Source of the DNA: Sarea resinae
Taxonomy: Eukaryota
Assembly (NCBI GenBank): GCA_026026165.1
Contig: JAPEUD010000016.1
Location: forward strand, 366,906-386,905
Length of the DNA stretch: 20,000 nucleotides
Direction of reading: 5' to 3'
Shown: piece after piece, positions 1 through 10,031 of the stretch
Position numbering within the stretch: the stretch's first letter is position 1
How the letters are laid out: the number at the start of each line of letters is the position of its first letter
The notes under the pieces: model-generated
What the model was told of the DNA's origin: nothing
Database searches by the model: none
Seen by the model: the letters and a program-made list of their open reading frames with translations, nothing else
Made by a program: the position numbers and the translations under genes

Positions 1-674
1 TTGACGTCTTGACAGAATTGGGTCATCTTTCGAGCTGCCTAATGATGATCAATCTTCTACAGTGCATCAAATGCGCTCGCTGGCCTGACGATGGACCCTT
101 GACCATTCTGCCAGGCGTAGAAGTGGAAAGAGAACAGCTACGACTCGCGAAGTCGCAAGCTTCACCAAAGGGTCTGCTTGACATTGCCGGGACTGAGGCA
201 AGAAGCCTCGACACGATTTGCAAACAGCTCGAGATCCCATCCGCCTTAAGGGGCCAATTTATCCGTGCGGCCAATATATTACCGCGTCTGAGGTTGAATA
301 TCATCAACGTCACAGCTCTGAGCATGACGGTTGGCATAGCTCGTCTCAACCCAGTCACGCAAGCGGGACATCGGATATGGGCTCCCAAATTCCCGAAACC
401 GCAGTCGGAGGGCTTCTTCATCGTCGTGGCTGATTCGGCTAAGGATGAGATCATAGCACTAAAGAGAGCAAACTGGCCGCCTGAGGAGAAAATGAGGAAT
501 GGCTCGAGCGCTCGACCGACATCAAGGAGTGTAATCAAGTTGCCCGAGAGTAATGTGGAAAGGAAGCTGGATGTTTTGGTTGTGAGTGATGGTTATCTGA
601 AGATGGTGTGGAAGGTTGAAAATGTAGATGTCCCGTCGCCACCTACGGTTTCGGACGACGGCGATAAGAAATGA
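1..674 (+). CDS. SLH1: 3' end of Ski2-like helicase Slh1/Rqt2 (ASCC3 family), C-terminal Sec63 domain; 5'-truncated by the window edge
   Basis: Frame is open from the window start to TGA at 672-674. Motifs LLQCIKCARWP, LTILPGV, IWAPKFPKPQSEGFFIVVAD..DEIIALKR and LDVLVVSDGY match the second Sec63 unit of Slh1/ASCC3 (FPKPQxEG(W/F)F). Confidence 0.85.
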   Translation, partial: DVLTELGHLSSCLMMINLLQCIKCARWPDDGPLTILPGVEVEREQLRLAKSQASPKGLLDIAGTEARSLDTICKQLEIPSALRGQFIRAANILPRLRLNIINVTALSMTVGIARLNPVTQAGHRIWAPKFPKPQSEGFFIVVADSAKDEIIALKRANWPPEEKMRNGSSARPTSRSVIKLPESNVERKLDVLVVSDGYLKMVWKVENVDVPSPPTVSDDGDKK

Positions 675-975
675 TTTATCTGGCGGCAGGCTTGGAAGTA
701 TCTCGTCATAGCCTTGCAGAGGCTTCAAGACGTATTGTAAATATTAGAATACGTGAATAGGTTATAGAAAAAAGACGACAGGAACGTGAGCATATACTAC
801 CAGAGTATCTTTAAAGCTTGCACGCCCCTCTAAACACTTGCTCAACTAGCCGCACTCCGACCAATGATGCCTGCAAAACCCAAACTTTGTAATAGTACGC
901 TTCCAGCAAACGCCACCAAAAAATATGATGTTCCAAGAATTTAACCGCCATAAGCGCCAAGAACCGTTCCTCCTT

Positions 976-2929
976 CTATAACGTTCCTTCAATATCCACC
1001 GTCTGAGACTTACGTGACCAGCCTCTCTCAAGCTCGACCACGACAGGGGTCAATGGTTTTCGGTCGACCAGCCGCTCCGATTTGGGTACAACGGGCAACA
1101 AAAGCTGACGCCGTGATACGGATATCTGCCGCGCAATCGAGACTTCGGCCGACTTGATGAGTGCTTCAGCTATTTTGGAGCCAGTCGTCAATAAGCAGTG
1201 CTTACGGGATTAGACAGTGAAATAAGTAAGTCGCTCACCTTCTTCGCTTGCGTTACATGGGGAACGTGGCAGCGCTTTATTTTGGTCTGCTGGCGGACTG
1301 CTTTTTCCGGTCGGCCTTGATAAAGCCGTTGGATGCAGAGCTAGAGGTCCGGGCACAGGCGAGGAGACTGCATGGCCAGCCTTTGGATTGCCGATGTTCT
1401 CATGTAATGCCTCCTCGCGATCTCGTTTAATAGGCTTTTCCTTACCAGGCTCCTTCAAATTAGGAATTTTGGCCTTCGCGGTAGCGGACTGTCCTTTCTT
1501 GGGTCTAGGAACGTGGTGACTCGATGCTTGCTGAGATCGTGTACGTCCTCCCTGGGGCCTTGAGGACGTTGAAGGGGAAACTGAGTGATGTTTCGTGTTT
1601 GTCTTGGATTTTTCATGCTTCTGATTCAAGGAATGAACCTCAGGTGCAGTCAAGGATCTCGGGCGCGAATTGGGCCGTTCCGGCAAAGGAGTCACTGCTC
1701 TCTCTTCTTTTGTAGCAGAGGGGAAAAGTGAGAGAGAAGGCGATTGTAGGTACGAAGGTGAAGTAGCCCGCCGTTGTGGCTTTACAATGCTTATCTCTTC
1801 CGTCTGCGGGGGCGAAAGCATGAGCGAGCTAGATTGGGAAGTCTAATAGAGAAGGGAGCAGTCTCACCTGCTCTTCGGCACCATTTACTGAATTTAGCTT
1901 GCCCAGCGTGGCCTGCCTTCTTGCCAATAGTGAAGACGACGATCGATTAGATGCGATCAGGCTCCCAAACATGACACTGTATCGTTCCATTTGCACGTTG
2001 GGAATATCCACGTTCAGCATCGGTCCGGCTTCGAGCCGAAGTTTTGGGGTAGGCTTGGTTACCTTCGTAGATTTTGGGGGCGGCGGCGGTGGCGGAGGCA
2101 GTGATAGCGGGTTGACCTCCGACCGTTTCAGTGGCGCAGAATAAGCTCTCTTAAAATCCGGCTTAGTCCATTCCCTTCTGTCATCCTCTTTGACGGTCCG
2201 GCTTCGCTCGACAGCTGCACGTTTGCCGTCTCTAGCCACGGCAGAATTGTGGCGTTGAGGAACTTTAATGTCTGCATCCGTGGAGCGCGATTCAGTAGAT
2301 GCTGGACGGGATACTTGCAACTGGTAGAAGGGGTCTTGTGATGGCGAGCCTTGGACTTTTCTCCCGAAAATACTATGAAGCATTTTCCATTTACCGGTCT
2401 TTTGGCGAGAAAGTTCATGATCGTTTCTTTGTGGGGCGGGGTCGTGTGTAAGATCGGAATTGGGACTGGTAGCTGTTGACCGTGAATCATTTGAGCCAGT
2501 CCCCTGGAGCTGACGAGGTGGATGAGGTGCCCATCCATATCTTTGGCTAGGACTGCCCAGTGCCCTGCCAATGCCTAGTTCCTCTGGAGACAACGGATGC
2601 ATTACTTCCCATGATGCTGGCGCTTGGAAGTCATTTGGGTGCTGTCGCGCGGCTGCTACCGTAGAGGTGGTAGTCTGAATGTCCAATCTCTGCTCGGCAT
2701 CAGACAAGCCATTTGCTGTCTTTTGACGCTCAAAGACTGCAGGTGATCTATGTGCTGTTCGCCTCAGAGCTTCCGGGTTTGTCCATGCAATATCCAGAGC
2801 GCGAAGATCGTTTCGTGGTTCAGCATCTGTTGCGACGAGGATTGGATTTGATATGAGATCCTCTTTCAGAGGGTTTGCATTCTTGGATTGAGATCGGAGA
2901 GATTTTGACCGCGTCAATCTCCTCGCCAT
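976..2929 (-). CDS. Hypothetical, largely disordered Ser/Pro/Arg-rich protein (~606 aa); join(2929..1868,1803..1239,1169..976)
   Basis: Three ORF-track segments join in frame through two GT-AG introns: 1867..1804 (GTGAGA..GCTCAT..CAG) and 1238..1170 (GTGAGC..TTGAC..TAG); total 1821 nt. Short blocks such as LNVDIPNVQMERYSVMF, SSLLARRQATL and SIARQISVSRRQ..ERLVDRKPLTP resemble a Pezizomycotina uncharacterised family as I recall it. It carries a Pro8 tract. Confidence 0.75.
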
Positions 2930-5287
2930 ACTATCTGGTCGAGGCCAGAAGCTCTTATTGATAGATGATGATTGCGCTATCTGAGAAAAGAAAACTCGCG
3001 CTGGAGTGTGTTAAATTGGTCGCAGACCTGAGTACCTGACTTAGAAAAAAGGCTCTGCCAGGAACGTTCAAGAAGAGAAATGCAAAAGCGGGATGGGTCG
3101 CACAAATGAGAAAGAAGGGAGAATAAAGAGACGCAGAGAACGAAATCAGATTCCTTCTATTATCAGGCTACTCTAGGAGAATACGCCTTCTGCCATGGCG
3201 GGTTGTTAGAGGTAGATTGTCAGGCTGATAGGCGGCATCATGCCGTGAGCTGTGCCGGGCAGGAGTTACAGGGGGGGCTTATTTCAGGCATGAGCTCCCT
3301 TCGCTCAACTGCTGCAGGGCCAATTGATCCTGTTTCTAGTCTTATTCTCTTCATATTCTTTCCAAGGTTTATCGATGGTGGAACAGCGGCCGTTTACTGT
3401 GATGCAAAGCCAAAACGTGCCATCCTAGTTGATCTTGAAACGAAAGGGCGAGAGCGTGAGCTGCTCCCCTCAGACCCTGCGAAGAAATACGACACCAGCA
3501 AGTTATAAGACAGCGGGACAAACTGATACCCGTGACCTTTCCTAATTAGCAATGAATCTTCTCACGATCAGCCTAGACCGGCTAAGTCCCGATTCCTACC
3601 ACGAGAAGACAATGATACATCCTATACGCAAATCCTCCACGATGCGTTGCAGCAGTAATCGATTGATTTGAGCGCGGATTCGAAGGCTGTACCCTGTGGC
3701 ACAGACAAGCATCCGATCGCGATCCTCTAACATTTCCGCTGGCGTTATCTTTAGCTCATCACATCACTAACAATGTTGTTCATAACAACTTTATGGAAAC
3801 CCTCGTTCTAAAGGGCCAGCTAAGTCTGCAAAGGGGGATGAAATGCTGCTGATTCTAACCGATCTGTACTCCGATACGCGCGCAAACCTCCGGGGGTCGA
3901 TTGGATCCGGGCTACGTGTCGACGGGAATCTTGATCTCGCCAAATGCACGCCATCTACTCTATCATGTACGGTCCGACGGTTCCTGATATAAGTCTGAGA
4001 GCACATCGAAGTTCGGTCCATCCCAGAGTGAATCCCGAACACTTAGATAGACGAGGATTTGCTTTCGACCTGATCAGAAGATGCATCCATCGATGAGCAC
4101 AACTCGACCGCCCGCGCATCTGATGATAGAGTACGGAGTACAACGCAGAGTTGAAAGCCCTGCGAGATGTAAGGTAGGCGAGGTACGAAGTACTTCGTAC
4201 AAAGTCTTTCCTCATGCTTCGGGCATGCAGTAGTAGAGTCAGGTGTGGGCTTCAACCAGCTAGAGGGGAGAATGGATACAGTTGCGGGAGTCCCGGGACT
4301 ACGCAGTACAGCAGTACGCATTATTCTTGGGCGGTCGCTCTATTCTACCATGAATCGGTCGTCAAGAGACCACCACTGCTCCACTGGCAAGAACGGTGAC
4401 GGCGCGCTAGCCTCCAATGCTGGAAGGGCGGTGTCTGGTATGTACTTCGTACACTCTACAGAGTGCAGGTATGATATGATTGCGTGATGGCACCCAACCT
4501 TCACCAAAATACTCTCCGCATTATGAGGCTGGAAAATGATAACAACGTTGACATTGACAAATGGAAAGAACATATATTGTCGGGGTTCTGTGATACTGAT
4601 GTATCTATAGAATAAGGTACTATCTATACGATCAAGTGTAGGTAAGGTAGTTGGGGTCAGGTAAAAAGGCTGCAAGACGTCCATGCCCAGTAATACATAC
4701 GGTACCTGCTAGTACCTACCTACCCAGCTCAGGTTGCCCCTAGGTGATAGGTAACGTAAGGTATTCATGACGTCTCAGTCTGGCGACTCACAGACTTACA
4801 AGCTTGACGGCAGCCATGGATGGCTAAGGTCCGTATTGACGAAGATAATGATACTGACTCCGGTAGCTTTACTAAGAGTAAGGACGATACCAAGTAAACT
4901 ATTACCTGGACGGACTGCTTTGCCTGGCTTCTTCTGTACCGTAGGCCCGCTAAAACGTGGTTGTAGAGACTAATGGTGGTCTTCCTTTTGGTGTTGTTTT
5001 TGGCGGGGTCACAGTTTACAATACGACCTCCTGTACACACACCCCACCTGTACTGCACCACTCGGCACTCTCTCTCTCTCTACGTACTACCACTACCAAG
5101 TCAATCTTGCTCGTTGCGGGCCAAAGCCTTTTCGTGCCCTCTAAGCTGATCCTCTCCAATATTTTATTCACATACTTCCCTTCGCACTACTCTATCTAGC
5201 TCTACCCTTCATATCCCGTTCCTACCTTGACCGCGGCACTTCCTCAAATCGCATTCTCAGAAACCCTAATACGATATCATTCGGGCC

Positions 5288-6010
5288 ATGTCGTGGCAAG
5301 GTAAGTACTCGGCCTCAAGCTTCCATTACCCATCCTCCTTATCCGCTAACTCTTATGGTCTCATAGCATATATCGATCAGAGGTATGATCGCGCACAGTT
5401 ACGTTCTAGCTTTCTTTTATCAGCCTGACGTTTCTCAATAGCCTCGTTGGCACCGGCAACGTCGACAAAGCCGCCATCTATGACTCGACCGGCAAAAGCG
5501 TATGGGCTACTTCCTCCAACTTCTCCGTATGTATACTCTGTCTTTGCACTTTGTTATGCTTCTCCACCCACCTGGAGACTAGGAGAGCATTTCCTCTGCT
5601 GCCTTTTCGATATTTTATTGAAGGTATGATGAGGCTAGTGAAGGATGCTAATGTGAGGCCAGATTTCACCAGCCGAGATGGATGAGGTGGTCAGCGCATT
5701 CAAGGACAAGGGAGATGAAAATGGAATAAAACAGGTTCAGAGCACTGGTTTGCATGTTGCCGGGGAGAAGTATATCGTCCTTCTGGCAGAAGAGGACAAG
5801 CGTATAATTGGCAAAAAGGTAATCTTTCTGGCAATCTGTTATGCCCATCTTAGTCCAGGTTCTAATTCCTTCCAGGGCAAGGAGGGTGTCGTTATTGTCA
5901 AGACGACACAAACCATCATCATCACGCATTATCCCGAGACCGTACAGCCTGGCGCCGCTACCAACACCGTCGAGCAGCTGGGCGAATACTTGGTCAGCGT
6001 GGGCTATTAG
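5288..6010 (+). CDS. PFY1: Profilin (134 aa); join(5288..5300,5367..5382,5442..5526,5663..5818,5876..6010)
   Basis: The spliced product MSWQAYIDQSLVGTGNVDKAAIYDSTGKSVWATSSNFSISPAEM...GLHVAGEKY...GKKGKEGVVIVKTTQTIIITHY...VEQLGEYLVSVGY is a classic profilin. Four GT-AG introns with CTRAC/CTAAT branch sites; total 405 nt. Confidence 0.96.
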
Positions 6011-6360
6011 ACGCCCGGTCCATTTCCTTTCATAAGCCTTTGAATACTGTTCCATGATCCTGTACCCTACGAGAGCGGATCTCAACGAATAGAGGCGAAG
6101 TAATCGCAATCAAACAAGAGTCTTTCAAATATTTTCATTTCCCTTGAATCCTGCGGAATTATCGGAGCCCAATCGACTCTGAGCAAGCCTTGCTATGAAG
6201 GCTCTCATCCGATGATAAGATGTTGTTATTACTAGAAGCCAATGCCCGCTGTCGCTTGCCGCAGCTGAGCTGCATGCCTCCTAGACTAAGAGCACTGATG
6301 TCTTAAATCTTCGCAACAGTCATGGTTGATTTCCTTGCCTTGTAGAATTTATATGACCTT

Positions 6361-7039
6361 TCAGACCGGCAGTTCCGCATTCCTCCTGCCTCCCCCTAAT
6401 CTGTTGAGTAGCTCTGCAATGTAAGGCCCGACGACTGGTACGTTGCCTGCGAACCCCGCGATTGTTGCGAAGAAGTCGCCAAATAGAATGAAAATTCCGT
6501 ATGATTCTACGAGAAAACCCAGAAAAGGCCAACGAAAGAGGATCAATAGAATCCCCCCACTGAATGCGGCTGTACCCTTGAGCTTCTGGCGCCGCGCGAA
6601 GAAAATGGCAGTCTTTTGTGGTCCAATTATGAGTGTAAGGCCGAGGATGAAGAGAATCTAGTATTTTGATTGAGGCGTTAGGAGAGGTTGGATTCGGGGA
6701 CCTTGGGAGTGATTCACGTTTCCCATCGCAAGCCTGATCATCTGCGTTAGTAGAGCGCATTTGTATGTAAGAGGTCACAGCTTCTCACATTGCTCTATCA
6801 AAGAACATCATCATGCCTCCAATTAAGAAAAGGCCTCCTTTGCTTGAGAATCAGGTACTCTGTATTTTGCCTATGTCATGATGGTGGATATACCTACCGC
6901 CGCAACAGAAGCCTACCCCGATCTCTAATCAACGCAATCAGTCTTCGATGATCTCGATGAAATGCAGTATCAGTTATCATGGGAGCTTGATCTCCCAGTG
7001 TGACTTACTTTGGGAATCTGAAAGCCACATAGTGGGCAT
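6361..7039 (-). CDS. GOT1: Got1 Golgi vesicle transport membrane protein (139 aa); join(7039..7009,6924..6898,6837..6789,6733..6718,6657..6361)
   Basis: The spliced product [70 protein letters not shown]...NVPVVGPYI...RRNAELPV carries the Got1 signature FFDRA.[8 protein letters not shown]. Total 420 nt. Confidence 0.95.
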
Positions 7040-8160
7040 GTCGCCGAGTCGTGCGCACAGAGCCCAGCTCAGGATGGGTTCCGTGAAAAGATTGGGTAAA
7101 GACGATAGTGGATAGACAGCTTGGGATCTTTAGAGATAGTTATCACAAGGCCAAGTTATGTGAATTTCAATAATGTGTACGACTACAGACTGAGGTACCT
7201 AGCAGGCATTTAATGCCAGGGCTGCCGTGGCCCATGCATGAAGTTGACGCGAAGTTGGGTCGCGTGCGCTAGCGTGGCCCTTTCCACTCTCCACTTCCTA
7301 GGTACTAAGGGGTAGAAAACTTTGTATCTGGCAATCTGTTAAACCATAGACCATTGCTTTAGCCCGGAACACTTGGATTCCTTCTTCAATAATAATGTCC
7401 GATCGGGGCGTGTGCTCTTCGTCAACGTTCTCAATTCTTCTATATAGAAGAAGATGGTCGATTCAGAGCTTAGGTATTGACCTCCACTTCCACAGTCGCT
7501 CGTTGCTGACGCCTGCTTCAGGACAATCTGGATTCTAAGATGCTTACTTACGTTCAACAAGATCTCCCGAAATATTCTTGTTCGCGTTGGTCACTGCTTC
7601 CTTACTTGTTTACTTTTTGCTCTACCGAGTCTTCTTGTGCACAATCGCATTGCATGATTACATTCAGCTTCCCAACTGCGCTTATCCTCTCTGTACCTTG
7701 GGGTCTTTGCGGACAAAGATCGCCTTGACGACAATGGGCATCAAGTCCTTGTAACTGGGTCCTTCCTCGTAGGACACCCGGTACCCCGTCATTCTTGGGC
7801 GAAGAACAATATAATCGAGGTCACGATTAAGCCGGAGCGTCCCTTTGAACCCAATCTCGAAAGAGACAGGGCGGGTGGGGGATGTTTGACTTTGTTGGCC
7901 ACACAGTCCCGCCTCATGATGAAGGCAAGCTCTTGAGCAATCCGCCATCTCTTTCTGCTTGCAACAGGTCCATCAATGAGCCACCTTGACGGACTTTTTA
8001 CCATGTATTGTTCCTAGATGAAAAGTGATCCCCCGCTCTGGTCTATTCCGTATAAGGTGCTGCCAGTTAGACGACTCCAGAGCGTCCAACATCACAGTCG
8101 AGACATTTCTATTGCCGAATGATCCATTAAGAGGCCTCATGTAGGTGCTTTTCGATTGCG

Positions 8161-8733
8161 TCACTTCAACACCACATGAGCCCCTCGAGCCTCCAAGTAC
8201 TTCTCGGCGACACCTTGCCCTAGACTCCTCACGACCGTAAACACCTCCTTGTCATGATATCTAAGTCTCGTTTTTGGATCTCTGTATGGTGCCGGTAGAC
8301 CGGTAATGTCGCAGTAATGCCTCTGATGCGCGGGATGTAAGGAGGGAGCGGATTCGATGTTGGTGTATGTTGCAACGGGGCCTGTCGGGAACGCCGCTTG
8401 GCTGTTCTTTTCAAGTACCAAAGTTGAAAGGTTCTGGGCGGCTTGTGCGATTTTGAAGGACGTTGGTCCAGCATTTGTCGTGACCGGCGTCAACGCTTCA
8501 GTCGCCATGCTTGCCGGCTGCGGTGCTGGTGTTGAGACCCCACTGTTGTTCTGTGTGGCCAGGACAGAGGCCTCTTTGCGAGAGGCTTCCGTGACGATTT
8601 GCTTAACATTCTTGTTTCGACGCTGGGCTGGTTTCCAGTGTGGATTTCGAAAAGGTTTTGGGGCTGAAGCTAGATCGAGCTTGTCTAGGAGCTGTTGATG
8701 GCTGTCGTCTGAAGCAGGTGTTGCTGGAGCCAT
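8161..8733 (-). CDS. IES6: INO80 complex subunit Ies6 (YL1_C domain), 190 aa, intronless
   Basis: Motifs KPFRNPHWK..RRNKNVKQI, TYTNIESAPSL and YCDITGLPAPYRDPKTRLRYH...YLEARGAHVVLK are the Ies6/INO80C signature. Confidence 0.95.
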   Translation of the reverse strand: MAPATPASDDSHQQLLDKLDLASAPKPFRNPHWKPAQRRNKNVKQIVTEASRKEASVLATQNNSGVSTPAPQPASMATEALTPVTTNAGPTSFKIAQAAQNLSTLVLEKNSQAAFPTGPVATYTNIESAPSLHPAHQRHYCDITGLPAPYRDPKTRLRYHDKEVFTVVRSLGQGVAEKYLEARGAHVVLK

Positions 8734-9105
8734 TGCGGAGGACTACCGGCAGAATATATTGGCAAGTTTGTTTGGGGCTTATGATTGATTCGCAGACGCG
8801 ATATAGATGCCTGCAGTGACGAGATGAAGAGTGGCGCCTGTCGCAATAGCGGGATGAAGGGCCACTTGCAGCATAACTCGAAGACGTCGATGAGTCGGAT
8901 GAGAAAGCGCGGGTCCTCTGGCGATCGACTTCGCGTATTTGAAGTATAAGGTATTGATTGATTGCACTGTAATAGGCGTCTGTACCTAGGTATCAAATCC
9001 ACCCCTCCTCCCACCCCGTCTCCAATTCCACGTTGCCAGGTTATCAATCGACTGCTTTTCCTCAATAACCACCTTTGTCGAGTCTGGGAGTGTCTCTAAA
9101 CCACA

Positions 9106-9536
9106 ATGGTGCGTTTCTATTCCTGATTCATATTTTCGTCTTGTGATTGTCTGGCTAGGAAAGTCCACACGAGCACCAACAGAACCTGTTGCTCTCACGA
9201 ATCATCACGAACGTAGTATGTTGCCCTGGATGCCTTTTCTCTCTTTTTCAGTGTCGCTGAGAATTATTCTAGGAGAAACTAAATGAAGCCGTGATGGTCC
9301 TCAACAAGAGTCTACAGGTCTGTATAATATGAGGGTTGCAGGACGCGCTTATACTCATGCTTTGCAGGATATCAACATTCAAAACATGAATGTTGAATTA
9401 GTCGCCCAAATGTTCAAGAACTACCAGTCTAATGTGCTATTCCACTTAGAAGGTCTGCGATTATCCTTTGGTTGTGTCTGCATCGTCTGCTGATTGCATT
9501 TTCACAGCCACGGACAGCCTGAAGGATCCATCTTAA
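9106..9536 (+). CDS. DAD4: DASH/Dam1 kinetochore complex subunit Dad4 (72 aa); join(9106..9108,9159..9215,9273..9317,9368..9452,9508..9536)
   Basis: Absent from the ORF track. Four GT-AG introns of 50-57 nt give [72 protein letters not shown] (219 nt), which matches the Dad4 family pattern along its whole length. Confidence 0.95.
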
Positions 9537-10031
9537 GCATCTGACAAGCTGTATAGTATTGAGCGTTCAGACTAAGGAGACTTGATTTGCACCTTTAGTA
9601 GCAGTAATCAACGAGGATATGCACATTTACTATTGAAATTCTCAGGCGTTTAATGTATATAGGGGCAATTAATTCAGGCCCTTGAGTCTGTCTGTGGCGG
9701 AGTAATGCCTGATATGATGCCTATGATGCCCACTGCATCTTCAAGGTCGGCTCGCGTGAAGACGCGCATCGCTAACCCGAGAAGGACGCTAAGGCGTAAG
9801 CTGGAGGGACGTCAGAAAGCGAGGAGAGATCATTGGAGACCAGGCCATTCGAATTCAGAACAGACCTTCGGATTCAATATCATCATACTTTGATCAGATT
9901 CACCTAGGGGCACGAAACATATCACATTAGTCCGCATTTTGATCTCACTACGAATGAAATGAATACAACATAGTCAAGCTCTTACCACCATAATAATGCC
10001 TGTGTGGCCAACGATCTTCCTCTGATCAGAT

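Noticed and set aside
23..538. 171-aa antisense ORF over SLH1, and similar antisense ORFs over profilin, IES6, ARP5 and kapC
   Set aside because: These are shadow frames of well-supported genes on the opposite strand and have no recognisable motifs.
3000..5280. Many 60-115 aa ORFs in the long divergent intergenic region
   Set aside because: They show no motifs, no coherent splice model and overlap inconsistently. The region is treated as promoter/UTR.
6320..6778. 152-aa minus-strand ORF overlapping GOT1
   Set aside because: It is an alternative frame running through GOT1 introns and exons; the spliced Got1 model explains the region.
5828..7341. 15-nt exact match TCTGGCAATCTGTTA shared by profilin intron 4 (~5828) and the region upstream of GOT1 (~7327)
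   Set aside because: One 15-mer match in 20 kb is near chance expectation, and the similarity does not extend cleanly.
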